Shown one piece after another: positions 8,319-16,025 of a stretch of 64,000 nucleotides of DNA. The notes beneath the pieces were generated by a model, which ran no database searches, was not told the origin of the DNA, and saw only the letters and a program-made list of their open reading frames with translations. The stretch comes from an uncultured Gemmatimonas sp. GTDB taxonomy: Bacteria > Gemmatimonadota > Gemmatimonadetes > Gemmatimonadales > Gemmatimonadaceae. The translations under genes and the position numbers were made by a program. The stretch's first letter is position 1. Each line of letters starts with the position of its first letter. The DNA lies in NCBI GenBank assembly GCA_964621045.1, contig CAZUKU010000018.1, forward strand, positions 3,061-67,060, written 5' to 3'.

Positions 8319-8350
8319 GCGCGGGTGGATACCTCGTTATCCACCCGCGC
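8319..8350. terminator. Perfect 13-bp hairpin between tRNA-Val and the convergent hflX (likely bidirectional terminator)
   Basis: gcgcgggtggata-cctcgt-tatccacccgcgc. It begins 12 nt after the tRNA 3' end. The hflX TAA stop (8337-8339) and its last codons lie inside the hairpin. Confidence 0.6.
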
Positions 8351-9599
8351 TCGTCAATTCCACCCCCGCCTGGCGCAGCCGGCCGGCCAGGCGGTCATCC
8401 ATGCGCACGGTCACGACCAGATCGGCGCCGTCGGCCTTCTGGTCCACCACCTCGCCGTCCCGGTGGAGCGATGCGAGCACCGCCCCCTGATGCGCGCCCA
8501 CGCGCACCTTCATGAGCGGGCGCAACTGCCGGATCGCCGTGACCAGCGCGGCCCGGAGCGGCTCCAGCCCGCCCGGCGCATGCGCCGACACGAACAATGC
8601 ATCGGGCACGAGATTGTGCACGCGCTCCCGGAACCCTTCCCGCTCCGCCATCGGCAGCGCGTCCATCTTGTTGCACACCAGCCGCACCGGACGCGCCTGC
8701 AGGCCGAGATCGGCCAGCACGTCGTCCACCACGCCACGATGCTCCTCCCATGCCGGATGGCTCACGTCCACCACATGGAGCAGGAGATCGGCCTCGCGCG
8801 CCTCGGCCAGCGTGGCCCGGAACGACGCCACGAGATGGTGGGGCAGCTTGCGGATGAATCCCACCGTGTCGGTGAGCAGCACGCTGTAGCCCTCGCCCAC
8901 GTCGATCTCGCGCGTGAGCGGATCGAGCGTGGCGAAGAGCCGGTCCTCCACGAACACGCCGTCGTCGCGCGCGAGCGCGCGCAGAATGGACGACTTGCCC
9001 GCGTTCGTGTAGCCCACCAGCGCGGCCTTGAACTGCGACTTCCGCTGCTGCCGCTGCACTTCGCGCGCCCGCTCCACGTCGACCAGGCGCTCCTTCACGA
9101 TCTTGATGCGGTGCTGGATGAGCCGCCGGTCGGTTTCGAGCTGCGTTTCACCCGGGCCGCGCATGCCGATGATGCCGCCGCGCGTGGTATCCAGGTGGGT
9201 CCACATGCGCGTGAGGCGCGGCAGCGTGTACTCGAGCTGCGCCAGCTCCACCTGCAGCCGCGCTTCGGCAGACCGCGCGCGTGTGGCGAAGATGTCGAGA
9301 ATGAGCTCGGCGCGATCCATCACGCGCGTGTTCGTGGCCGTCTCGATGTTGCGCGCCTGCGCGGGCGAGAGCTCGTCGTCGAACACGATGAGCGTGGCGC
9401 CGAGCTCGCCGATGCGGAGCGTCAGCTCGTCGAGCTTGCCGCTGCCGAGATACGTGCCCGGATGCGGCCGGTCGATCACCTGCGTGAGCGTGCCCACGAC
9501 CTCGGCGCCGGCCGTGTCGACCAGGCGCGCGAGTTCCTCGAGATGTTCGTCCATCTGGTGGCGTTCGCTCCCGCGCTTGCGCGGCGCGCCCACGAGCAT
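8337..9599 (-). CDS. hflX: GTPase HflX
   Basis: G1 GYTNAGKSSILRAL, DTVGFIRKLPHHLVASFRATL, G4 NKMD. HflX-type N-terminal domain. Length is 420 aa. Confidence 0.92.
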   Translation of the reverse strand: MLVGAPRKRGSERHQMDEHLEELARLVDTAGAEVVGTLTQVIDRPHPGTYLGSGKLDELTLRIGELGATLIVFDDELSPAQARNIETATNTRVMDRAELILDIFATRARSAEARLQVELAQLEYTLPRLTRMWTHLDTTRGGIIGMRGPGETQLETDRRLIQHRIKIVKERLVDVERAREVQRQQRKSQFKAALVGYTNAGKSSILRALARDDGVFVEDRLFATLDPLTREIDVGEGYSVLLTDTVGFIRKLPHHLVASFRATLAEAREADLLLHVVDVSHPAWEEHRGVVDDVLADLGLQARPVRLVCNKMDALPMAEREGFRERVHNLVPDALFVSAHAPGGLEPLRAALVTAIRQLRPLMKVRVGAHQGAVLASLHRDGEVVDQKADGADLVVTVRMDDRLAGRLRQAGVELTSAGG

Positions 9600-9672
9600 C
9601 GCCTTTTCGACCGGCGGGGCGAGAGAAATCGGTTCCCTGGAAATCGTCAGGACTCCTGGCGGGCGGACGCGG

Positions 9673-10191
9673 TCAGCGCTCGACGCCGGATACGGTGTTG
9701 AAACGCCCGGTGCGATCGTACGGCCGCGTGAAGTTGCCGAGCGGGGTGACGACGGTGAAGTCGCCGCGCACGCGATAGTTCACGCTGCCGGTGGAAAGGA
9801 TCTGCCGTCCGGCCTCGCCGAGTCCGCGATAGGTGAAGCGGATGGGGAGGCGTACCATGGACGTGTCGCCGCTCGGCACCACGAAGCGCGAATCGAGCGC
9901 GCCGTTGCCGAGCTGCACCGAGTCGACGTCCACGCGATAGGTCATGCGCGTGGCGTCGAGCGAATAGCGGTTGGGATTGTAGATCGAGAGCACGACGTCC
10001 ACGTTGCCGCCGTCGATGCCGAGGCCGGCCACGCGCACTTCGCGCAGCTCGACGTACGGTTCGGCGAAGGTGGCTCGGCCGAGCGTGGCGCACGCCGCGA
10101 CCGTGCCCAGTGTGACGGCGAGCACGCCGGCGCGCGCGACACGCGACCGGATGCCGGTGGTTCCTGCTCTATTTCGCGTCGTCCACTTCAT
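9673..10191 (-). CDS. LEA_2 / NDR1-HIN1-like (WHy-type) lipoprotein
   Basis: ATG at 10191 (MKWTTRN...) and lipobox TLGTVAAC. The beta-rich body (VELREVRVAGLGIDGGNVDVVLSIYNPNRYSL...VRLPIRF...NYRVRGDFTV) is typical of the LEA type-2 fold. It overlaps the rarA 3' end by 23 nt. Confidence 0.5.
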   Translation of the reverse strand: MKWTTRNRAGTTGIRSRVARAGVLAVTLGTVAACATLGRATFAEPYVELREVRVAGLGIDGGNVDVVLSIYNPNRYSLDATRMTYRVDVDSVQLGNGALDSRFVVPSGDTSMVRLPIRFTYRGLGEAGRQILSTGSVNYRVRGDFTVVTPLGNFTRPYDRTGRFNTVSGVER

Positions 10192-11536
10192 GGGCTGCTT
10201 CTCCAGCGGGGTGGGACGGATCGGCCGGCGCGTCGGCCAGCCGTTCGCGCATGGTCTGCCACCAGGCGAGCCGTTTGGCGATGTCCTTTTCGAATCCGAA
10301 CGGACCGGCTTCATAAAAGGTACGCGACGCGAGCTCCGGCGGCAGATAGTCCTGTGGCAGGTACGCCTCGGGCACCTCGAATGCGTACTGGTACCCGGAG
10401 CCATAGCCGAGTTCCTTCATGAGCTTCGTGGGCGCGTTCCGGAGGTGGAGCGGCACGGGCGCGGCCGGTGTGGCGCGCGCGGCCTCGAGCGCGGCCTTCC
10501 AGGCGGCATACACACGATTCGACTTGGGCGACGTGGCCAGGTACACGGCCGCTTCGGCGAGCGCGAGCTCCCCTTCGGGCGAGCCGAGCCGTTCATACGT
10601 TTCCGCGGCGGCGATGGCGAGCGGCAGCGCATCGGGGTCGGCGAGCCCGATGTCTTCGGTGGCCATGCGGATCATGCGGCGCGCGATGTAGCGCGGGTCT
10701 TCCCCGCCCTCGATCATGCGGGCGAGCCAGTAGAGCGCACCCTGCGGATCGCTGCCGCGGAGCGACTTGTGCAGCGCGGAGATGAGATTGTAGTGCTCCT
10801 CGCCGCTCCGGTCGTAGCGCGGCATGCGGCGCTGCGCGGCCTGCACGATCTGTTCGGCGGTGATCTCCGCGCCGTCTGGCACGAGCGCGGCGGCGGCCTC
10901 GAGCACGCCGAGCGCACGGCGCGCGTCGCCGTCGGCGAGCTCGGTGAGCTGCTGCATGGCGTCGTCGTGCAGCGACAGCGCGCGCGTGCCGAGTCCGCGA
11001 TCACCGTCGGTGAGCGCGCGGCGCACGAGCACGGCGAGATCGTCCGGCGCGAGCGGTTCGAGCACCACCACGCGCGCGCGGGACAGGAGCGCGCCGGTGA
11101 GCGCGAACGACGGATTCTCGGTGGTGGCGCCCACGAGCACGACGGTACCTGCTTCCACGTGCGGCAGGAAGGCGTCCTGCTGGGCACGGTTGAAGCGGTG
11201 GATCTCGTCCACGAACAGCAGCGTGCCGCGGCCGAGCTCGCGCCGCCGCGCGGCGTCGGCCACCACTTCACGCACGCGCGCCACGCCGTCGCTCACCGCC
11301 GAGAAGGACACGAACTCCGCGTCGGTGGCGCGCGCGAGCAGCCGCGCGAGCGTGGTCTTGCCCACGCCGGGCGGGCCCCAGAGAATGAGCGAATCGATCA
11401 CGCGCCGGTCGATCGCCGCGCGGAGCGCGGCGCCCGGGGCGAGCAGATGCGCCTGCCCCACGAACTCGTCGAGCGCGCGCGGCCGGAGCCGCGACGCGAG
11501 CGGTTCGGACACCTGACCGGAGAAGAGGGACGTCAT
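10169..11536 (-). CDS. rarA: Replication-associated recombination protein A (AAA+ ATPase)
   Basis: ATG at 11536 (MTSLFSGQVSEPLASRLRP). Walker A GPPGVGKTTLARLLA, Walker B LLFVDEIHRFN, MgsA C-terminal block EEHYNLISALHKSLRGSD. Confidence 0.92.
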   Translation of the reverse strand: MTSLFSGQVSEPLASRLRPRALDEFVGQAHLLAPGAALRAAIDRRVIDSLILWGPPGVGKTTLARLLARATDAEFVSFSAVSDGVARVREVVADAARRRELGRGTLLFVDEIHRFNRAQQDAFLPHVEAGTVVLVGATTENPSFALTGALLSRARVVVLEPLAPDDLAVLVRRALTDGDRGLGTRALSLHDDAMQQLTELADGDARRALGVLEAAAALVPDGAEITAEQIVQAAQRRMPRYDRSGEEHYNLISALHKSLRGSDPQGALYWLARMIEGGEDPRYIARRMIRMATEDIGLADPDALPLAIAAAETYERLGSPEGELALAEAAVYLATSPKSNRVYAAWKAALEAARATPAAPVPLHLRNAPTKLMKELGYGSGYQYAFEVPEAYLPQDYLPPELASRTFYEAGPFGFEKDIAKRLAWWQTMRERLADAPADPSHPAGEAAHEVDDAK

Positions 11537-11540
11537 CGCG

Positions 11541-12068
11541 TCAGTCCGGCACGAGCGCGAGACGTTCCACGGCGAGCTCGAGCGCGCGGTCGAGCTCCGG
11601 CGCATCACCGAGCGGCGCGTGGTCGGCGTCCCAGACGGGAGTGGGCGCGGCTTTGCGCTCCTCGAACCCCATGCCTTCGAGCAGATACACCCAGCGATCG
11701 GAACGCGCGTAGATCACGAGCGCGAGCGACGACGTGAGCGTGAGCTGATCGTCGGGCGTGTAGATGCTGATCTCCACGCCGCCGTACGTGGCGAGCGGCA
11801 ACTGCAGGCGGCCGAGCACCTCGCGCACATCGGGAAGCGGCAGCAGTTCGCCGCGCCACACCCGTCCGTCGCGGCGCGATTCGATGCAGACATCCACCGC
11901 GGGATCGAGCTGCGCGGTGAGCGCGTGCAGCACGTTCACGACGCGCTCGGACACGGCCCACGCGAACAGCTCGTGCACGCCGCCCCGGCTCCGCACCATG
12001 AACCACTCGGGCACCGGGCGAAAGCGCGGTACCCGGAGCATGGAGTCGTCGGAGTCCGGCGGGATCAT
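11541..12068 (-). CDS. Hypothetical protein (175 aa)
   Basis: In-frame ATG at 12068 lies just downstream of the cca stop. High-GC3 coding look. No motif I recognise. Confidence 0.45.
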   Translation of the reverse strand: MIPPDSDDSMLRVPRFRPVPEWFMVRSRGGVHELFAWAVSERVVNVLHALTAQLDPAVDVCIESRRDGRVWRGELLPLPDVREVLGRLQLPLATYGGVEISIYTPDDQLTLTSSLALVIYARSDRWVYLLEGMGFEERKAAPTPVWDADHAPLGDAPELDRALELAVERLALVPD

Positions 12069-12109
12069 GGCGTCAGGAATCGGTGGAGTGGCGTCAGGAA
12101 TCGGCTGAG
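12068..12109. repeat. 21-bp tandem duplication at the cca / downstream-gene junction
   Basis: tggcgtcaggaatcggtggag (12068-12088) and tggcgtcaggaatcggctgag (12089-12109) differ by one base. Unit 2 contains the cca stop (tca at 12094-12096). Confidence 0.9.
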
Positions 12110-13368
12110 TGCAGGCGACGGGCTTGGGCCAGGAGCGCGTCGATCGTGTTGCGCGACGGATCCTCGAGCACGAAAGCCACGAGGGCGTGCAGGAGACGGC
12201 CGAGCGCCGGGCCGGCCGGGAAGCCGGCGCGGCGGAGATCGTCCCCGTCCACCGCAAGATCAGCCACCTGGAGCGGATCGCGGAAGGCGATGCGCAGCAT
12301 GCGCCGGTGGAACCGCCGCCACGCCGCCGGGCCGGGTGCGGGCACACCGAGCTCGCCGTCGGCCCACCAGAGGGCGGCGGCGAGCCGGCCGAAGGCGGAT
12401 ACCCGCAGCCGGCCGATACGGGCCACCCACTGCCGGATTTCACGGTCGGGGATGGCCGGCGCTTCGCCGAGCCGGGTACCGATTTCGGCACCGAACTCGT
12501 TCCAGTTTCCAACAATAGAAAGAATAGTCGTGGTTTCCAGGTTCGAGAATTTCAGCGCCTTGAGCGTCTGCTGCACGGTGCGGGGGTCCAGACCCGACAG
12601 GAGCGCCGCCACCCGCAGGATGCGCCGGAGCGGCCGCCGCACCGCGCCGCCGGGCTTGGGCAGGGCGTCGATCGCGAGGAGACAGCGTTCCGGAACGTCC
12701 GCGAGCGCGGGCACGAGCGTGGCGAACGCTCCACTGGTACACCACAGACGGAACGCCTGCGACGGCCGCTCCACCTGCTCCATGGTCTTGTCGATCTCCT
12801 GCTTCACCCGCTCCGCGGAGAGACGCCCGAGGTGCGGCGCGGAGCCGCGGATTGCCTCCCACGTCCCGTCCTCGATGCGGAAGCCGAAGCGCGCGGCGAA
12901 CCGGATGGCCCGAAGCGCCCGGAGACGGTCCTCCCGGAAGCGCGACTCGGCGTGCCCCACGGCGCGCACGAGCCCGCGTTCGAGATCCCCCCGTCCGTCG
13001 AACGGATCCTCGAGCCGCCGGCCGATGGGATCCCAGGCCATCGCGTTGATGGTGAAGTCGCGGCGGGCGAGGTCATCGTGCAGCGAGACGCCGAACTCCA
13101 CCTCGGCGTGGCGGCCGTCGGTGCGGATGTCCCGGCGGAAGGTCGTGACCTCGTGCATGTGCCCGGTGCGGTCGAGCACGCCCACGGTGCCGAACTCGAT
13201 GCCCACGGGGATGGTGCGCCGGAACAGCTTGCGCACCGCCTCGGGACGCGCGGACGTGGCGAGATCCCAGTCCAGGTGCCGGATGCCGAGCAGGGCGTCG
13301 CGCACGGCTCCGCCCACGCACCAGGCTTCATGGCCGGCGGCCACCAGGGTGCGCGCAAGCTCGAGCAC
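12094..13368 (-). CDS. cca: CCA-adding tRNA nucleotidyltransferase / poly(A) polymerase family
   Basis: Head-domain motifs WCVGGAVRDALLG, DWDLAT and RRDFTINAMAW. GTG start at 13368. Confidence 0.85.
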   Translation of the reverse strand: MLELARTLVAAGHEAWCVGGAVRDALLGIRHLDWDLATSARPEAVRKLFRRTIPVGIEFGTVGVLDRTGHMHEVTTFRRDIRTDGRHAEVEFGVSLHDDLARRDFTINAMAWDPIGRRLEDPFDGRGDLERGLVRAVGHAESRFREDRLRALRAIRFAARFGFRIEDGTWEAIRGSAPHLGRLSAERVKQEIDKTMEQVERPSQAFRLWCTSGAFATLVPALADVPERCLLAIDALPKPGGAVRRPLRRILRVAALLSGLDPRTVQQTLKALKFSNLETTTILSIVGNWNEFGAEIGTRLGEAPAIPDREIRQWVARIGRLRVSAFGRLAAALWWADGELGVPAPGPAAWRRFHRRMLRIAFRDPLQVADLAVDGDDLRRAGFPAGPALGRLLHALVAFVLEDPSRNTIDALLAQARRLHSADS

Positions 13369-13400
13369 CGGTTCCGGCGGCTGCAGCGCCGCCTCGCGGT

Positions 13401-14177
13401 CTACCCGCAGAGAACACTCCCGCCGTTCACGTTGAGCACCTCGCCGGTGACGTGCCGGGCGAGCGGGGTGCAGAGGAAGAGGATGGGGCCGGCGATGTCG
13501 TCGGGCGAGGCCACGCGGCCGAGCGGGATGCCGGATTCGATGCGGGCGCGTCCTTCGCCTGCGAAGGGACGGGTCACGGCATCGGTATCCACCCAGCCGG
13601 GGGCGACGGTGTTCACGGTGATGTCGCGGGGCGCGAGCTCCACGGCCAGCGACTTCACGAAGGCGATCATGGCACCCTTGGTGGCGGCGTAGTCGGCGTG
13701 GAAGGCCTCGCCGCGCTGGCCGGCGGTGCTGGACACGAGCACGATCCGGCCGCCGGGGGGCAGCACGCGGGCCGCGGCGCGGCAGCCGTAGAAGACGCCG
13801 TCGAGGTTGAGGGCCATGGTGGAGCGCCAGCGCGCGTCGTCGAGCTCGGCGACGGGGACCGGTTCATCGGGCCAGACGCCGGAGTTTCCCACATAGATTT
13901 CCACATCACCAAGCTCGGATCTGGCGAACTCGAGCAGGGACTCGTTCCCTTCTCGTGTGGACAAGTCGGACTGATGTGGAAAAGCCTTGACACCGAAGGC
14001 GGCGCATTCGTCGGCCACGGCGCGGGCTTCGCTCGTGCGGCTCCGGTAGCCGATGATCACGTCGGCGCCCGCCTTGGCGAGAAGCCGGGCAGTGGCCGCG
14101 CCGATCCCGCGCGAGGCGCCGGTGACGATGGCGCGCCGTCCGGCGAGGCCGAGGAGAGATTCCGCGGGGGAGTTCAT
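13401..14177 (-). CDS. SDR-family oxidoreductase (FabG-like)
   Basis: TGASRGIG cofactor motif, NSG, catalytic YAATK. First ATG at 14177 (the track ORF starts at GTG 14189). Confidence 0.85.
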   Translation of the reverse strand: MNSPAESLLGLAGRRAIVTGASRGIGAATARLLAKAGADVIIGYRSRTSEARAVADECAAFGVKAFPHQSDLSTREGNESLLEFARSELGDVEIYVGNSGVWPDEPVPVAELDDARWRSTMALNLDGVFYGCRAAARVLPPGGRIVLVSSTAGQRGEAFHADYAATKGAMIAFVKSLAVELAPRDITVNTVAPGWVDTDAVTRPFAGEGRARIESGIPLGRVASPDDIAGPILFLCTPLARHVTGEVLNVNGGSVLCG

Positions 14178-14213
14178 GTCATTTATCACTTGAAATGAGT
14201 TCCGTTAACCAGT

Positions 14214-14243
14214 TATCTTATAAAGATATACAAGAATTGCCAA
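14214..14243 (-). promoter_or_regulatory. AT-rich putative promoter/operator upstream of the SDR gene
   Basis: On the minus strand, TTGGCA (14243-14238) lies 15 nt from TATAAG (14222-17). A 15-bp palindrome TATCTT-ATA-AAGATA (14214-14228) overlaps the -10-like hexamer. This is the only strongly AT-rich patch I noticed in the window. Confidence 0.35.
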
Positions 14244-14281
14244 CGGGTTTCTTCACACCCTGGTCCGGACTCGGCGCTTGT

Positions 14282-14845
14282 TCAGATCCGGCCTTCGACC
14301 GCCTCGCAGATCAGGTGCTGGATGCAGAGATGAATCTCCTGCGCGCGGTCCGTCCGTGACGTGGGCACCACCAGCGCGAGATCGCTCAGCTTCACGAGCT
14401 CTCCGCCGTCCCGCGCGGTCAGCGAAAGCACTTCGAGTCCTTTCTCACGGGCGCTCCGCGCGGCGTTGAGCACGTTCGGCGAGTTGCCCGATGTGGAATG
14501 GATGATGAGGATGTCGCCCGGTTTTCCCAAGGCCTCCACCTGCCTCGAAAAAATGTGATCGAAGCCGAGGTCGTTGCCGGCGGCGGTGAGGAGCGAGGTA
14601 TCGGTGGTGAGCGCGATGGCCGCGTAGGCCCGCCGGTTCTGCATGTACCGCACCACGTACTCCGTGGCCATATGCTGGGCATCGGCCGCCGAGCCGCCGT
14701 TGCCGCAGAAGAGCAGCGTGCCGCCCCGTTCGAGCGTGGCACGCACCATGGCCGCCGCCTGCGCGATCTCCGTCTCCAGCCGCTCGGCGGTGCGGCGGGC
14801 GGTTTCGGCGAGTTCGATCAGGGGGGTGATGAGCGGGGTGGGCAT
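14282..14845 (-). CDS. gmhA: D-sedoheptulose-7-phosphate isomerase (SIS domain)
   Basis: FCGNGGSAADAQH and HSTSGNSPNV motifs. Length is 187 aa. Confidence 0.85.
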   Translation of the reverse strand: MPTPLITPLIELAETARRTAERLETEIAQAAAMVRATLERGGTLLFCGNGGSAADAQHMATEYVVRYMQNRRAYAAIALTTDTSLLTAAGNDLGFDHIFSRQVEALGKPGDILIIHSTSGNSPNVLNAARSAREKGLEVLSLTARDGGELVKLSDLALVVPTSRTDRAQEIHLCIQHLICEAVEGRI

Positions 14846-14880
14846 GGCGGGACGGGAGAGAGTGGCTGGATTGTTGGCCG

Positions 14881-15630
14881 TCAGCGTCCGAAGAGGCGTT
14901 TCACGCGCTGCCAGGCGCCGCCGGTGGCCAGCGGCGGGACCGGCACGGGATCCTCGTCGCGGAGGAGATGCTCGGCGTTCCGGTGCGTAAGGAGCTCGAT
15001 CTGCTCCGCGTCAGCCCCCTGCTCCTTCAGCCAGTCGCGCCCCGTGGCCAGCGACCGGCGGTCGCCATGGTTGTCCGACGCCAGGATGTCGATCAGCCCG
15101 GCCGCCAGCAGATCGCGCGCGAGATCGCTGGGCGCGCCGCGTCCCATGAGCACGGACACGTCGGTCTGGATCACGGCGCCGATCTTCCGGAACTCGCGTA
15201 CGAGGGGCACGGAGCAGCCGTAGTAGCGTTCGGGGTGCGCGAGGAGCGGCGTGCGGCCGGTGCGGGCAATGCGGCGCAGCTCGCCGAGCGCGCCCCGCGG
15301 GATCCCGCCGATGCTGAACTCCACGAGCAGCGCCTGGGAGTCGCCGAGCGTGAGCGCCGGGTCGGTGAGGTCGGCGCCGGGCTGGTCGAGCATGATCTCC
15401 CACCCCAGGGTGAGCGACGGCCCGTCGTGGGCGGCTGCCCGCAGCTCCTCGAGGATCTCCCGGTGGCGTTCCGCGGGCGCCGAGGCGGCCCTGGACGCGT
15501 TCAGGTGCGGGGTGCAGACCAGCAGCGTCACCCCGTCGCGCCGGAACTGCTCGAGGATGGGGACGCTGACGTCGATGGACGGGGAGCCGTCGTCGACGCC
15601 GGGGAGGAGGTGCGTGTGGAGGTCGATCAG
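14881..15630 (-). CDS. CpsB/YwqE-type PHP-domain protein-tyrosine phosphatase, apparent CTG start
   Basis: The track ORF starts at GTG 15531. The frame is open upstream and encodes L-IDLHTHLLPGVDDGSPSIDVSVPILEQFRRDG, which is the conserved CpsB N-terminus (MIDIHCHILPGIDDG type). The only codon at the Met position is CTG (15630-15628), overlapping the upstream TGA. Confidence 0.7.
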   Translation of the reverse strand: MIDLHTHLLPGVDDGSPSIDVSVPILEQFRRDGVTLLVCTPHLNASRAASAPAERHREILEELRAAAHDGPSLTLGWEIMLDQPGADLTDPALTLGDSQALLVEFSIGGIPRGALGELRRIARTGRTPLLAHPERYYGCSVPLVREFRKIGAVIQTDVSVLMGRGAPSDLARDLLAAGLIDILASDNHGDRRSLATGRDWLKEQGADAEQIELLTHRNAEHLLRDEDPVPVPPLATGGAWQRVKRLFGR

Positions 15631-16025
15631 GGCGCCTCCGGGATCTCCGCGATGCGCCGCATGGCATCGGTGGCGAGCTGCTCGATCCCGTCCGGGGCCG
15701 TGGAGGCGGCCTCGAAGGCGTAGGTCACGAGCGCGTCCACGGCGAGCAGGTCGAGGGCCGACGCGCGGTCGGTGGCCTCCTGCGTGAGCAGGGTGGCGAG
15801 CCGGGTTTCACCGGCGGCGAGGCAGGCGGCGGGTACGTCGCTTGCCGGCCGGGTGGCATGGGGCGCGAGCAGTTCGTGCAGACGGGCGCGGAGCGCGGGC
15901 GGAGGCGGCGGCTCGAGGTGATCGAGCCAGGCGGCCACGGTGCCGGGGGCGGGTACCGCAGCCGACGCGGCCGCCATGGAGGCGGCCGACACCGGCGTTG
16001 CATCTCCAGCGCTCGCGTGCGGCAT
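15627..16025 (-). CDS. Hypothetical Ala/Pro-rich protein (132 aa)
   Basis: ATG at 16025 overlaps the alaS TGA by 1 nt (TGATG). Its stop TGA (15629-15627) overlaps the cpsB-like start. No recognisable motif. Confidence 0.45.
   Translation of the reverse strand: MPHASAGDATPVSAASMAAASAAVPAPGTVAAWLDHLEPPPPPALRARLHELLAPHATRPASDVPAACLAAGETRLATLLTQEATDRASALDLLAVDALVTYAFEAASTAPDGIEQLATDAMRRIAEIPEAP

Noticed and set aside
7883-8515. ORFs 7883..8233(-), 7923..8153(-), 7966..8148(+) and 8003..8515(+) in the repeat/tRNA region
   Set aside because: They read through tandem and inverted repeats and across the tRNA-Val gene. Their periodic peptide sequence simply mirrors the DNA repeats.
14190-14260. XerC/D dif site in the AT-rich island
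   Set aside because: The palindrome is 6-3-6, not the 11-6-11 dif architecture. The TTATGTnAAnT XerD arm is not matched (TTATAAGATAA). The island is also 6 kb from the strand-switch point.
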